From the sequence record NC_047770.1: 64,000 bases of DNA; one strand, given 5' to 3'. Source of the stretch: Escherichia phage ESCO13. The number at the start of each line of letters is the position of its first letter. Within the stretch, counting starts at the first letter, position 1. A model generated the notes under the pieces. It worked only from the letters and a program-made list of their open reading frames with translations. It had not been told where the DNA came from and searched no databases. A program made the translations under genes and the position numbers. Below, piece after piece: positions 48,048 through 57,327 of the stretch.

Positions 48048-48773
48048 TTACTTATTAATAATACCTGCAATATTAGGTTTGACAAAGGTCGATGGTTTCA
48101 TGATCTTACCTTTATCATCAAAGAACACATACACTTTCTGTTTTTCATTATAAACAGCATGAACACCAGTGTATGCCCCTTCTGGACGATTGGCATTTCG
48201 TTCTTCAATTGCAGCGCATTCTTGTGCAATGGCTGAATCGATATCCGAAGTTTTCCAAGTTTTCAGCAACTGTTGTTTAGTTGGATACTTGGAATCATTA
48301 CTTTTCAATACCTCTTTAATAACTTTCTTTTCTGGATATTTTGAACGGATTAGAGTGTCACGAGACATACGCATAATACCAGCAGCCATTAGTGCCATTT
48401 GAACTGGCTCTGTAAATGTTTGTTCCAAAGCATCAAAATCAGTATACACAGTTGGAGTAAAAACATCGCCTACAGCATAGTCCAAGAAATTCATCGTATG
48501 TTCTTCACCAAAGAACATGTAGGTCAGATAACTGGATACTACAAAAATATCCGCTGCTGCATCCAAGAGTTCTACATGATCGTTTACTTTCGCGGCTGTT
48601 TCATACTCTTTAAGCTCTTCACGAACGAATCCGATTTGGGACATAAATAGCTCTTGAGTGAATTCAGGTTGTTCACCACCTCGTGCTTTAGCATTCCAAT
48701 CAATCACGTGCTTCGCTGCATTTTTGAAAAATTCAGTATCGAACTTAATATCTTTAAAAAAATTCTCGATCAT
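48048..48773 (-). CDS. MazG-like nucleotide pyrophosphohydrolase (putative)
   Basis: REELKEYE ... ELLDAAADIFVV resembles the MazG EExxE...D core; SD aaggag. Confidence 0.4.
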   Translation of the reverse strand: MIENFFKDIKFDTEFFKNAAKHVIDWNAKARGGEQPEFTQELFMSQIGFVREELKEYETAAKVNDHVELLDAAADIFVVSSYLTYMFFGEEHTMNFLDYAVGDVFTPTVYTDFDALEQTFTEPVQMALMAAGIMRMSRDTLIRSKYPEKKVIKEVLKSNDSKYPTKQQLLKTWKTSDIDSAIAQECAAIEERNANRPEGAYTGVHAVYNEKQKVYVFFDDKGKIMKPSTFVKPNIAGIINK

Positions 48774-48782
48774 TATAACTCC

Positions 48783-48965
48783 TTATTTAAAATAGCTTTC
48801 TAGAAAGTTGCTAATATTTACTACAGTCTCACCCATGTAAATTCCTGCGAAACCGAAAACAAGCATACGTGGAATATTGAAATACCATTTATCCGCTGGA
48901 AAAGATGCCAGAATTACAATAGCAATTGCTATCAGCATCATAAGAATTGTTGCTAAAATTATCAT
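48783..48965 (-). CDS. small membrane protein
   Basis: Start moved to ATG 48965 after SD ggaggc; hydrophobic. Confidence 0.4.
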   Translation of the reverse strand: MIILATILMMLIAIAIVILASFPADKWYFNIPRMLVFGFAGIYMGETVVNISNFLESYFK

Positions 48966-49156
48966 AAAAATGCCTCCAGGTATTTTGAACAATGATAAGC
49001 TAAGAAACAAGAAACTACCGCATACCCAACTCCAGACATACATGAATCAATCACAACACATACGGTTCTTTTCTTTGAATTCTTAGGAAAGTTTTCCGAA
49101 GCATTCATACAATAAAAAGAAAGTACACTGAAAACGATTAAAATGGCTAAGAACAT
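48962..49156 (-). CDS. small membrane protein
   Basis: SD aaggagg; hydrophobic N-terminus. Confidence 0.45.
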   Translation of the reverse strand: MFLAILIVFSVLSFYCMNASENFPKNSKKRTVCVVIDSCMSGVGYAVVSCFLAYHCSKYLEAFL

Positions 49157-49165
49157 TTTTCCTCC

Positions 49166-50281
49166 TTACTCTGCTGGTTCCCAAGTGCCTGGGATCATTT
49201 CTCGAATACGAACACCAACAGGTTTTGTTGGAATACCTTCATCTGAAAATTCTTCATACTCTATTTCAACGAACTGATTAATCAAGGTAGAAGCATTCTC
49301 TGCTTTACGATAATTGATAGTCTCATGAGCATCTTTACGCATTAAGAATTCGACTACTTTACCATTTTCCATCTCACCTGTCAACACTCCATCGCCATTT
49401 TTATCGCTTTTTGAATTTGTTACTTTAACTTCAAGGGTGTGGCGAGGCTTACGTTTAATAACGTCATAAGAACGTTTATCAAATTCGTAAACTCCGTGAG
49501 CATTACGATATACTACACCTTCAGCTTTCTCAAGTAAAGCTTTTTCATAGAAAGCGTCAAACTGCTCTTGGTTTTCAATATACTCTGTATGAACTACACA
49601 AATAAGCTCGTCAAGACCATAATCTTCAACTACTGCCTTAAGAGCAGCAAGAGCATCAACACGTTTTTCAAACGGTAGACCTGGAACTGGAATATCGTAT
49701 ACGTAATAATTCAGCAAAGGTGTATTTGCATTATGCTTCTTCCAAGCACTGTTAATTTGTTGCAGACTAAGGACACCTAACCCAGCAAACACTTCACCAT
49801 CAAGAGGATGACCAACAACTTCACTAATAAAGTTTGGAATACCTTTCCAATGAGGTGGCAGGTTATACACTTCCCCAGCTTTTGATAAACACTCCCCTTT
49901 CATGTTAATCATAGAACGTAACCCGTTCAGTTTGTATTGTGCATAACCAGGGAACACAACCCTTTCAGGATAATCTTTATAATCCTGGCATTTCATTGGT
50001 GTGGAAGGAACATGGTTTTCAGCTTCTTCTTTTGTTTTATAATAGCCATTCTTTAACTGTTTTGTCCATTTGGCAAAAGCTTCAAGTTCAGCTTGTTCTT
50101 CCGGTGTTGTTTCATTGGAACGACCAATGTTTTTTGCTTCTGCTGTATAAGATTTTTCTGTGATCTTTCCACCTACTCTTCCATGAGCTACAGTAACAAC
50201 TGCACCATCTGTATATACTGTCCACTGTTTAAGTTTTCCTTTTGAATCTTTACCATACAGCGTTTGATTTGTTTGTTGCAT
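49166..50281 (-). CDS. ATP-dependent DNA ligase
   Basis: KLNGLR (motif I), LDGEVF (III), EGVVYR (IV), VIKRK (V); start uncertain between 50281 and 50293. Confidence 0.7.
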   Translation of the reverse strand: MQQTNQTLYGKDSKGKLKQWTVYTDGAVVTVAHGRVGGKITEKSYTAEAKNIGRSNETTPEEQAELEAFAKWTKQLKNGYYKTKEEAENHVPSTPMKCQDYKDYPERVVFPGYAQYKLNGLRSMINMKGECLSKAGEVYNLPPHWKGIPNFISEVVGHPLDGEVFAGLGVLSLQQINSAWKKHNANTPLLNYYVYDIPVPGLPFEKRVDALAALKAVVEDYGLDELICVVHTEYIENQEQFDAFYEKALLEKAEGVVYRNAHGVYEFDKRSYDVIKRKPRHTLEVKVTNSKSDKNGDGVLTGEMENGKVVEFLMRKDAHETINYRKAENASTLINQFVEIEYEEFSDEGIPTKPVGVRIREMIPGTWEPAE

Positions 50282-50502
50282 TAGTCCTCCCATTTAAAAA
50301 CTGAAATTTTCAATCTGTTACACACTTCATCCAAATCTGCGTCGAGTAACGTTGTAGATGTTGCCAACATATAATCAATGCTTGTGAAACCTTGCCCTTT
50401 GGCATAGTCAAGCATATCTTCATACATATCTTCAAGATCACCGTCATCAAAAGTAGCTAGAAAATCCTCGTCTCCGCTACGAACATAAAATGCAGTACTC
50501 AT
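50281..50502 (-). CDS. hypothetical acidic protein
   Basis: ATGA overlap with upstream gene. Confidence 0.4.
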   Translation of the reverse strand: MSTAFYVRSGDEDFLATFDDGDLEDMYEDMLDYAKGQGFTSIDYMLATSTTLLDADLDEVCNRLKISVFKWED

Positions 50503-50690
50503 TCTTCTTCATCCCAAGATTCAAAAGCACAACAATCATCGGTTTCTATAATACCAACACGTCCGCAGGTATTGCAAGTGATTTTATCCCCGTAGAATAA
50601 ATAATTTTTATCACCCTCTGTGTTTACAGTTATGTCATTACTACCACAAGGGCAAGTCAGCCAACCAACAACAACGATATCTTTTTTCAT
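50499..50690 (-). CDS. small zinc-ribbon protein
   Basis: CPCGS ... CNTCGR; SD aaggaggg. Confidence 0.4.
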   Translation of the reverse strand: MKKDIVVVGWLTCPCGSNDITVNTEGDKNYLFYGDKITCNTCGRVGIIETDDCCAFESWDEEE

Positions 50691-50699
50691 AATCCCTCC

Positions 50700-51026
50700 T
50701 TAAGCGTTCAGTTCGTTGTTGAGTTCGTAAATCTCTTCTTGAAGAGCATCAATCTCTTCCTCCAAACGGGAGATCTCTTCTTTTAGATATACCATTTCGG
50801 ATTCTTTCTCTTCTAATTCATTTTCAAATTTTACTTTATTAGCCTCATTTTCATAATGCAGTTCAGCGTAATCATCACGCATTTGTTCAATAAGATGAAT
50901 CAGAGACAAGATATAATTGTCTCCCGTTTCATCACGCCACTCTTCACCGTGACGGAGAACGGTAATTCGTCCAGTATCTTCATCTAAAATTGTCTCATAT
51001 TTACGATCATCTGTATAAATCTGCAT
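50700..51026 (-). CDS. hypothetical coiled-coil protein
   Basis: SD aaggagaaa; heptad-rich acidic C-terminus. Confidence 0.45.
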   Translation of the reverse strand: MQIYTDDRKYETILDEDTGRITVLRHGEEWRDETGDNYILSLIHLIEQMRDDYAELHYENEANKVKFENELEEKESEMVYLKEEISRLEEEIDALQEEIYELNNELNA

Positions 51027-51035
51027 TATTTCTCC

Positions 51036-51440
51036 TTATTGAAGTTTAAGTGAACCACGAAGACGTTTCTCTTGCTGATCACGGATATATTGTGGAACCT
51101 CGTGAATTGAATCATTACCGTGCCTATTTTCAACAATTAAAGAGATAACTTGATAACCAAACTCTTCAGCAAGAGCTAGATAAGGTTTAAGTTCTTTCTC
51201 TGTGGTTGAAGTATTAGAAACAATAATCTTGTTAAGATTAGATGCCATAGCATCACGAACAATACCCTGACACCATGCGTGTGCTTTACCTACATTTTCT
51301 GGCTTCCAATCGTAAACACCACTCTCTGTGTAATGATATTGATCTGCCTCACAGATAGGCCAATAACCTTCAGAAATAATTTCTGCTACTGTAGATTTAC
51401 CAGCACCTGAAACGCCACGTAAAATGATAAGTTGTTTCAT
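51036..51440 (-). CDS. Pnk-like P-loop 5'-OH polynucleotide kinase
   Basis: LIILRGVSGAGKSTVAE (Walker A) and IIVSNTSTTEKELKPY resemble the T4 Pnk kinase domain (from memory); SD ggagga. Confidence 0.55.
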   Translation of the reverse strand: MKQLIILRGVSGAGKSTVAEIISEGYWPICEADQYHYTESGVYDWKPENVGKAHAWCQGIVRDAMASNLNKIIVSNTSTTEKELKPYLALAEEFGYQVISLIVENRHGNDSIHEVPQYIRDQQEKRLRGSLKLQ

Positions 51441-52373
51441 TTATCCTCCAAAAAAGTTTTCGATTTTTTCACGTCGCTCTTGCTGATTTAAAGCAGCCCA
51501 TTGAGTCTTCGTAAAATTATTTCGAATCCATTCTAACAAAGCGTAATATTCTTCGTCAACCATTTGTTTGGCATTTTTTGGATTATCCCAAATCAGATCC
51601 CACTTTTTATCTCCACCGCGCATAAGAAACTTCTTAGTAAGATAGTGTGGTGATTTAATTTTTAAAAGTAAGTTGAACGGATAGTTTGTTTCACGAACTA
51701 CAAACCCTTCGTGTTTACAATGTTTAGACATTTCAACAACATCTGAAAACTTAACCATTGGATGAACTTCAGGACGCTTAAATTTGGTGACAGAAGCAAT
51801 TCCATCAAGAGCACCTTCAGGTAACATAAAACTTGTCCCATCAGGATTTTGAATTCTGGCACCAATTAAGTATGCACCTGGTTCTTCTTCGACAATATGC
51901 GGATCAGAAGGATCACAGATTTCAAAAAGGAAAGTTGCTTTTGCACTCTCTGTCCATTTGATGAAATGTTCTATGTCATCACACTCTGAAACAATACGAT
52001 TCTTTGCAATACTTGCAAAATCTGATTCAAGGCTTCCTGTTGTCGATACAATAAGTTGACCTTTATATACACCTACAGAGGCCATAAAACCATTTACTTT
52101 ACGAACCACATCTACAAGTTCATCCAATGGTAGATCTGTGCCATTCTCAAAACGATTAAAAATCTTAGTGAAAGGCCAAATAACAACATTGTCATCAGCA
52201 TCAACAACGATTCCGCGACATTCTAGAAGACGAGAATCAATGCTCCATAAGTTATCCCAGAAAACTTTGTTCTTATACTTAAGAACAGATAGACCAGAAT
52301 ACTCTCCTTCTTTATATGTTTTCTTATGAACTAAACCTTTTTCAACCAAATCGTCGCAATTAAATTTATTCAC
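51441..52373 (-). CDS. RNA ligase-like nucleotidyltransferase (Rnl2-like)
   Basis: KVNG (motif I), HEGFVVRE (IV), LLLKIKSP (V); SD aaggagag. Confidence 0.6.
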   Translation of the reverse strand: MNKFNCDDLVEKGLVHKKTYKEGEYSGLSVLKYKNKVFWDNLWSIDSRLLECRGIVVDADDNVVIWPFTKIFNRFENGTDLPLDELVDVVRKVNGFMASVGVYKGQLIVSTTGSLESDFASIAKNRIVSECDDIEHFIKWTESAKATFLFEICDPSDPHIVEEEPGAYLIGARIQNPDGTSFMLPEGALDGIASVTKFKRPEVHPMVKFSDVVEMSKHCKHEGFVVRETNYPFNLLLKIKSPHYLTKKFLMRGGDKKWDLIWDNPKNAKQMVDEEYYALLEWIRNNFTKTQWAALNQQERREKIENFFGG

Positions 52374-52374
52374 A

Positions 52375-52926
52375 TTACTCTCCTTTGATTATTTTGTGAT
52401 GGTCTACAGTCACGATATCTCGTTTACTCATCATAGAAATTATCTCATCAAAATGCAAGATTTTTCCGTGTGCATCCCAACCCACATCTAACATTTTACC
52501 ATAAGCTTCATCAGGGAAAGATCCGTGGGAATGCCCGTGTAGCATGATTGATCCACGACCTTGTTTATTCCAGGAGGCCATAGGGTAATGACTTAAGACG
52601 AAGAACAGCTTCTGATATTTCACTTCGTCATAATACACCACTTCACCATACTCTGCAAGCACTTCTCGGTGTTTGCTGTAGTCATGGTTCCCAACACAGT
52701 AGGTGATATCTCCTTGGAGACGAGAAGCAATTTTACGGGTATCTTCTTCAGTTCCGAAACAGAAGTCGCCCAAATGCCACATCTTAACACCAGGAGTAGT
52801 AGCACATTTGTTCCATGCTTCGATCAAGGCTTCTGTCATGTGGTCCATATCTTCCCACGGACGATATTCAGGAGCAAACTCTCGAATACGTTTATGCATA
52901 AAATGCAAATCGCTTGTAATAAACAT
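52375..52926 (-). CDS. calcineurin-like metallophosphoesterase (end-healing phosphatase candidate)
   Basis: SDLHF (DxH), LGDF (GD), GNHD, HGHSH; SD gaggga. Confidence 0.65.
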   Translation of the reverse strand: MFITSDLHFMHKRIREFAPEYRPWEDMDHMTEALIEAWNKCATTPGVKMWHLGDFCFGTEEDTRKIASRLQGDITYCVGNHDYSKHREVLAEYGEVVYYDEVKYQKLFFVLSHYPMASWNKQGRGSIMLHGHSHGSFPDEAYGKMLDVGWDAHGKILHFDEIISMMSKRDIVTVDHHKIIKGE

Positions 52927-53282
52927 TAGTATAATCCCTCGCTAAATAATTCATGGTCGTGACCATTACGCTCATGGTCGATCTGGTCAGCATTTTCCGC
53001 GATGATGTAAGCATCCGCACGACTCCACCAATTGTAATACTGATCGATAAAGCCTTGATTATCTGGTGTGCACAAAGTTTTGTTGATTACACCTGCTTCT
53101 TTCAACACGTTTAACTGTGCATATAGTACAGGATTTGCATGTCGAACACAAGGAATAATTAACTCTTCACCATTATTCAAAATATACTTATTTGCAGCAC
53201 AGACGATAACACGTTGCGCATAATGACCCTCACCCATCCAGGTAAGAGGTTGGTAACAAATATTGTTTTCAATACCACTCAT
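52926..53282 (-). CDS. hypothetical protein
   Basis: SD gaggagg upstream. Confidence 0.45.
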   Translation of the reverse strand: MSGIENNICYQPLTWMGEGHYAQRVIVCAANKYILNNGEELIIPCVRHANPVLYAQLNVLKEAGVINKTLCTPDNQGFIDQYYNWWSRADAYIIAENADQIDHERNGHDHELFSEGLY

Positions 53283-53288
53283 TGTTTC

Positions 53289-53432
53289 CTAATCCTCCTC
53301 TCTTAAGTTATCCTCGAAAAAACTAGTGTCTGGAAGTAAAAGATCATTACTTGTGTCGGGCCAATCCTCTTCTTCTCGGTAGATAAAGTAACCTTCGTCC
53401 TCTTCTTGTTCCGACCAAACCGAATGATGCAT
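53289..53432 (-). CDS. small acidic protein (47 aa, not in track)
   Basis: ATG after SD aaggaga; fills 150-nt gap. Confidence 0.3.
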   Translation of the reverse strand: MHHSVWSEQEEDEGYFIYREEEDWPDTSNDLLLPDTSFFEDNLREED

Positions 53433-53441
53433 GTTCTCTCC

Positions 53442-53786
53442 TTAGTAGTGCACACGAATCATTTTAATACCATAACGCAGCATAGATTCTTTTGCAAGCA
53501 TGAATTTATCCCCAGCGGCGGGATTAGAAGTATGCACGAAAATGGTGGGTGAACCAAAGCAAGGTTTACCAAACGCCAGAAGTTCTTCCAGGTACAGGAA
53601 AACATCATACCCATCTTGGTCTGACTCCATACCTAAATCATTGTCAAAAGACCACTCGGTTACTCTTCGATACAGTTTAGCAGGATCGTTGAGAAAGGCC
53701 ATAGCTTCTTGTGACGTTTTAAACCAAATTGCATCCTCCTGTCCATAGTCGGCTGGGTTCCGCATATCATCTATCCAAACTTTCAT
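53442..53786 (-). CDS. hypothetical protein
   Basis: SD aaggagg upstream. Confidence 0.45.
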   Translation of the reverse strand: MKVWIDDMRNPADYGQEDAIWFKTSQEAMAFLNDPAKLYRRVTEWSFDNDLGMESDQDGYDVFLYLEELLAFGKPCFGSPTIFVHTSNPAAGDKFMLAKESMLRYGIKMIRVHY

Positions 53787-53796
53787 ATAACCTCCT

Positions 53797-54267
53797 TTAA
53801 GCTGGCATGATTAAAAAAGAACTTTCCACTTCAAAATGCCAATCATCAACAAGCCCTGATTCCCAATCCTTCTCTTCATGGAAAGAGCAAATCCAACGGT
53901 ACATACCTGGCGGTGTATTCTCAACATCTTCTGGCAACCCATAATCCAAAGCTGTCTTACCGTTCTCTGTAAAACTAGGATGGAGATTAGGAGCCTTCAG
54001 TACAGAAACCATACCTCCAACATCCACAGCTACGATCCACTCTGTCATGTATGGGCTGTCATATTGAGGCTCATCAGAACCTACCTCAACAGCCTCTGTG
54101 CGTAAGATGATAATAGCCTGCTCTGTGATTGGGGCTTTGACAATATAACCGTGGTCCTCAAAAAGATCGATAACCTCGAACTCATCGCCGTTTTCGACAC
54201 CATAACTCTTATTCAAAGAGATAAACTTCGGGTTATCATCGTAAGCTTTAGTTACTTTAATTCTCAT
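53797..54267 (-). CDS. hypothetical protein
   Basis: SD gaaggagg upstream. Confidence 0.45.
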   Translation of the reverse strand: MRIKVTKAYDDNPKFISLNKSYGVENGDEFEVIDLFEDHGYIVKAPITEQAIIILRTEAVEVGSDEPQYDSPYMTEWIVAVDVGGMVSVLKAPNLHPSFTENGKTALDYGLPEDVENTPPGMYRWICSFHEEKDWESGLVDDWHFEVESSFLIMPA

Positions 54268-54467
54268 TTTTCCTCCTTCACTTTAACCTCAAATTCTACA
54301 GGATTACCCTCAATGTAAAAACACTGATACTCTGCCTTATCATCATCACGAGGCCAAGTTACCAAGGAGTTATAGCAATCTTCTGGTGCTTTGAAGATGG
54401 TTTTAGTCTCCACAGTAACATTCCCATTAAGTGTTGCCAATACCACCCACCCAGCTACAGGGATCAT
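54264..54467 (-). CDS. hypothetical protein
   Basis: Start moved to ATG 54467 after SD ggagg. Confidence 0.35.
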   Translation of the reverse strand: MIPVAGWVVLATLNGNVTVETKTIFKAPEDCYNSLVTWPRDDDKAEYQCFYIEGNPVEFEVKVKEEK

Positions 54468-54646
54468 AGTGCCTCCACTTTCCACGTTTTACCATTATCA
54501 ACCAAGGTTTTTGCTACAGCATACTCCTTCCCATTAATAATGAAATAATAAACTATAAAAGATTTTCCGATTGTTACTGTCTTAGTAACCTCTACACGTT
54601 TAACACCTTGCATGTATTTCGCCTTACCGGAATAAAGTAAAATCAT
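54464..54646 (-). CDS. hypothetical protein
   Basis: SD agagga upstream. Confidence 0.4.
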   Translation of the reverse strand: MILLYSGKAKYMQGVKRVEVTKTVTIGKSFIVYYFIINGKEYAVAKTLVDNGKTWKVEAL

Positions 54647-54924
54647 TTTGCATTCCTCTTATTGTTGATAACATCCATAGTAGTATATGGTTTATTAGTG
54701 CCATGATATTCCAGAATCATTGGAGAGCCTTCTTGCACTACTTCAAAAATACCATAAACAGAACTTTCAGCAAATACCATTTGCTTCGTGCCTTCATCGT
54801 TTACAACGAGAGAAAACTTCTTGCCTGTCCCGTTGAGGATCTCGTATTTCTTGCCAGCAGTGAATAATCCAGAGTACCACTCGTTATCTGTTGCTTTTAC
54901 ACACTTCAGGAAAGTCTTGATCAT
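54643..54924 (-). CDS. hypothetical protein
   Basis: SD agaggag; ATGA overlap. Confidence 0.45.
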   Translation of the reverse strand: MIKTFLKCVKATDNEWYSGLFTAGKKYEILNGTGKKFSLVVNDEGTKQMVFAESSVYGIFEVVQEGSPMILEYHGTNKPYTTMDVINNKRNAK

Positions 54925-55274
54925 TTCTTTTTGCTCCTCTTTTTAGATTTCTCATACAAACCTAACACAGCCGCTTCTTTTGCACAAGTAGGAACCGAAG
55001 TCATTCCCCTTCTTTTTGCTTCTGGTAGTTGCAAAGTCCATATTCCCCACCAATAAATTTGGTCTGCCGTGAGTGGTTCAGCCATTGGATCTGCCTCCTG
55101 CTCCTCAAGACGTTGCAACGCTTCTTCAATCTTCTCGATTGGTGTGTCAAAGACGAATGCCTCCGTATCAAATTTATCTTTCTTAGGAACTGATTTGGCT
55201 ACTTTGAGAACCTCGTTTTTCGGTTTCTTAGTAACGTTCTTTGGCTTTGATAACTTCTTCGGTGTTTTCGCCAC
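54921..55274 (-). CDS. hypothetical Lys-rich basic protein
   Basis: SD ggaggt; Lys-rich termini. Confidence 0.45.
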   Translation of the reverse strand: MAKTPKKLSKPKNVTKKPKNEVLKVAKSVPKKDKFDTEAFVFDTPIEKIEEALQRLEEQEADPMAEPLTADQIYWWGIWTLQLPEAKRRGMTSVPTCAKEAAVLGLYEKSKKRSKKK

Positions 55275-55467
55275 TTACTACCTCCATACGATCTAAAAAG
55301 TCATTCACAAATCTCCAGTAACGTTGACCTGTTCTAAGATCTTCATAGATAACCACAGGATCAAACACTTTAGATATTCCGGCAGGTTTTGGAAATTCCA
55401 CTACCGTATATAAACCACCTTTTGCTACACAAGAATAGGTTACGCCTGTAATTGGATAGTTGCTCAT
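55228..55467 (-). CDS. hypothetical protein
   Basis: SD ggag upstream. Confidence 0.45.
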   Translation of the reverse strand: MSNYPITGVTYSCVAKGGLYTVVEFPKPAGISKVFDPVVIYEDLRTGQRYWRFVNDFLDRMEVVSGENTEEVIKAKERY

Positions 55468-55658
55468 TTCTTTACGTACTCCATGATTGGGGTATGGTCG
55501 CCAGTAAGCGTAACACGGCTGTAGGACACATCTTGTGTCTTCAGTGTATCAATCCACTCTAAGAAGTGTTCTTTCGCTTCTGTGTAGTTCTGTGTGCCTT
55601 TAACAACGTGTATACCATCTAGAGTTACACGGAATACCATTTGAATAACGTCTTTCAT
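55464..55658 (-). CDS. hypothetical protein
   Basis: SD aaggagg; ATGA overlap. Confidence 0.4.
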   Translation of the reverse strand: MKDVIQMVFRVTLDGIHVVKGTQNYTEAKEHFLEWIDTLKTQDVSYSRVTLTGDHTPIMEYVKK

Positions 55659-55771
55659 TTCTTACCTCCTTTGTTGTCAAAATAACTTACCAGAACATCG
55701 TGAACCACACACATGGCAAAAATCAGAACAATTGTTGTCAGGACTGGATTCTCACTAATTAGTGCTATCAT
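55655..55771 (-). CDS. small membrane peptide (38 aa)
   Basis: Start moved to ATG 55771 after SD ggaggtgg. Confidence 0.3.
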   Translation of the reverse strand: MIALISENPVLTTIVLIFAMCVVHDVLVSYFDNKGGKK

Positions 55772-56078
55772 CTTTAACCACCTCCAATTGCCTTTCGAGT
55801 TTGACTTTGTTTGAGAACTGATAATGACACAACTTACATTGCATGTCAACAATCTGATCGTGATTTAACCCTACAATTTTAACTTCCTTTGCACCATCCC
55901 ATTCCAAATACTCAAAGCCATCCAAATGAGTACTCTTGTCCAACAAAAATGCTATCTGCTGCCATTCGATCTGAATGTCATTTAAATGATATGCTGCACA
56001 GAAGATATCCTCGTAGTAAAAGACGATCATTGTCATTGCTTCGTCCAGCACAACTACCTCTTGTCTTGTAAATCTCAT
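55755..56078 (-). CDS. hypothetical protein (first gene of the minus-strand block)
   Basis: SD aggagg 5 nt upstream. Confidence 0.45.
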   Translation of the reverse strand: MRFTRQEVVVLDEAMTMIVFYYEDIFCAAYHLNDIQIEWQQIAFLLDKSTHLDGFEYLEWDGAKEVKIVGLNHDQIVDMQCKLCHYQFSNKVKLERQLEVVKDDSTN

Positions 56079-56332
56079 TCTAGCCTCCTAAACGCGTCTC
56101 TGACGCACTTTTTATATATAAGATGATAAATCACCTTACCTAGTAAGTGAACTTGCTCTACGAGCCTCTTATGAAGCTTATGTTATAGGCTATACTATTG
56201 CTACCTGTTTAAGCAAGGTTTTTGCACACAGAAAATAATTTTAATAAAACTCTTGACTTTTGTGTTCGAAGTATGCTACCCTAGAAATCTATTAACGAGC
56301 GCAGCGAGTTAAGGTTTTAGGTTGTTGATGTA

Positions 56333-56366
56333 GTACTCTGTACTCAAGTACTGTACTCCGTACTAG
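56333..56366. repeat. five tandem GTACT(C) heptamer repeats
   Basis: gtactct gtactca agtact gtactcc gtactag in the divergent intergenic region. Confidence 0.6.
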
Positions 56367-56520
56367 ATTAATAATTATTAAATATTAATAATAAATAATT
56401 ATTAGATCTAACAAACAGGTACAGTGTATCAGAACTGGTACGTACAGATCAACTTCTATCAATTAAAAATAAAATAATAAATTATTATAAATAATACTTG
56501 ATCTATAGATCAGTATGAAG
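56367..56520. promoter_or_regulatory. AT-rich palindromic block with further GTAC-containing motifs
   Basis: attaataattattaaatattaataataaataattatt; ggtacagtg, ggtacgtacag, gtacagtacgg. Confidence 0.4.
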
Positions 56521-56558
56521 TACAGTACGGAACATCTTAACAAGAATGGAGGTGTGCA

Positions 56559-56744
56559 ATGATTAGCGAGAATCCGTGCAAATGGCATCATGTACCTATT
56601 AAAGATTGTATGTCTTGTAATCCACGTTCTATTTATAACATTGCATCTTATGACGATGACAATGTGTTAGACGATGATGAAGGCTGGGAGGATTTAGATT
56701 GGACTGGTTATGAAACCAAAAAGGATAAAATTATTCCTAGTTGA
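56559..56744 (+). CDS. hypothetical protein
   Basis: SD ggaggtg upstream. Confidence 0.45.
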   Translation: MISENPCKWHHVPIKDCMSCNPRSIYNIASYDDDNVLDDDEGWEDLDWTGYETKKDKIIPS

Positions 56745-56781
56745 CTTAAGATATCCTTCGTGCTAAACTAGAAGTGAGGAG

Positions 56782-57033
56782 ATGCCGATCACTCCCCATT
56801 TGGGGTTCGAAGGATATATGCAAAATAGTTTTTATTTTAGGTGCCGTGCTTGTAATAGGCATTTGACAAACCACTCCAGACGTGATAAAAATGGAGTCAT
56901 CAAGGAATCAGACCTCTGTTCTATTTGCACAGGTTTGGCTTTTGATGATAGTCCCGAAAGGGTTTATCAGCATCAATGTATAACAGACGTTCTCGTGTCA
57001 AACTTGGTAGAGGACGAACAACTAACAGATTAG
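56782..57033 (+). CDS. hypothetical Cys-rich protein
   Basis: SD gaggag; CRACN...CSIC. Confidence 0.45.
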   Translation: MPITPHLGFEGYMQNSFYFRCRACNRHLTNHSRRDKNGVIKESDLCSICTGLAFDDSPERVYQHQCITDVLVSNLVEDEQLTD

Positions 57034-57041
57034 GAGGAACA

Positions 57042-57290
57042 ATGTCTCTATTAGAAAAACACGTGTTTGAAGATGGTAACGGCAATGCAGTTTTTCTTTT
57101 CCATCCAGAAAAATACACATCTGAAAACAATGGTACAACTTCTATTGTAATCACTAAAGATGTTAAAGTTATTGATTTCTTGGCTCTGATGCGAGAGATG
57201 GATCTTGAAATTAACACTTTTAACGCAGAAGCTTTGGTTGTTGCTCTTCTGGAAAAGAAAGATAGTGAAGAAGTAGCAGAATATGCTTAA
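57042..57290 (+). CDS. hypothetical protein
   Basis: Start moved to ATG 57042 after SD taggagg. Confidence 0.45.
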   Translation: MSLLEKHVFEDGNGNAVFLFHPEKYTSENNGTTSIVITKDVKVIDFLALMREMDLEINTFNAEALVVALLEKKDSEEVAEYA

Positions 57291-57297
57291 ATAACTA

Positions 57298-57327
57298 TTG
57301 ACAAACGTATCCTTCATATGTTAGGAT
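57298..57327 (+). promoter_or_regulatory. possible promoter ahead of the tRNA cluster
   Basis: TTGACA-18-TAGGAT (weak -10). Confidence 0.3.

Noticed and set aside
56254-56278. TTGACT promoter in the divergent region
   Set aside because: The -35 match is good but no acceptable -10 lies at 16-18 bp spacing.
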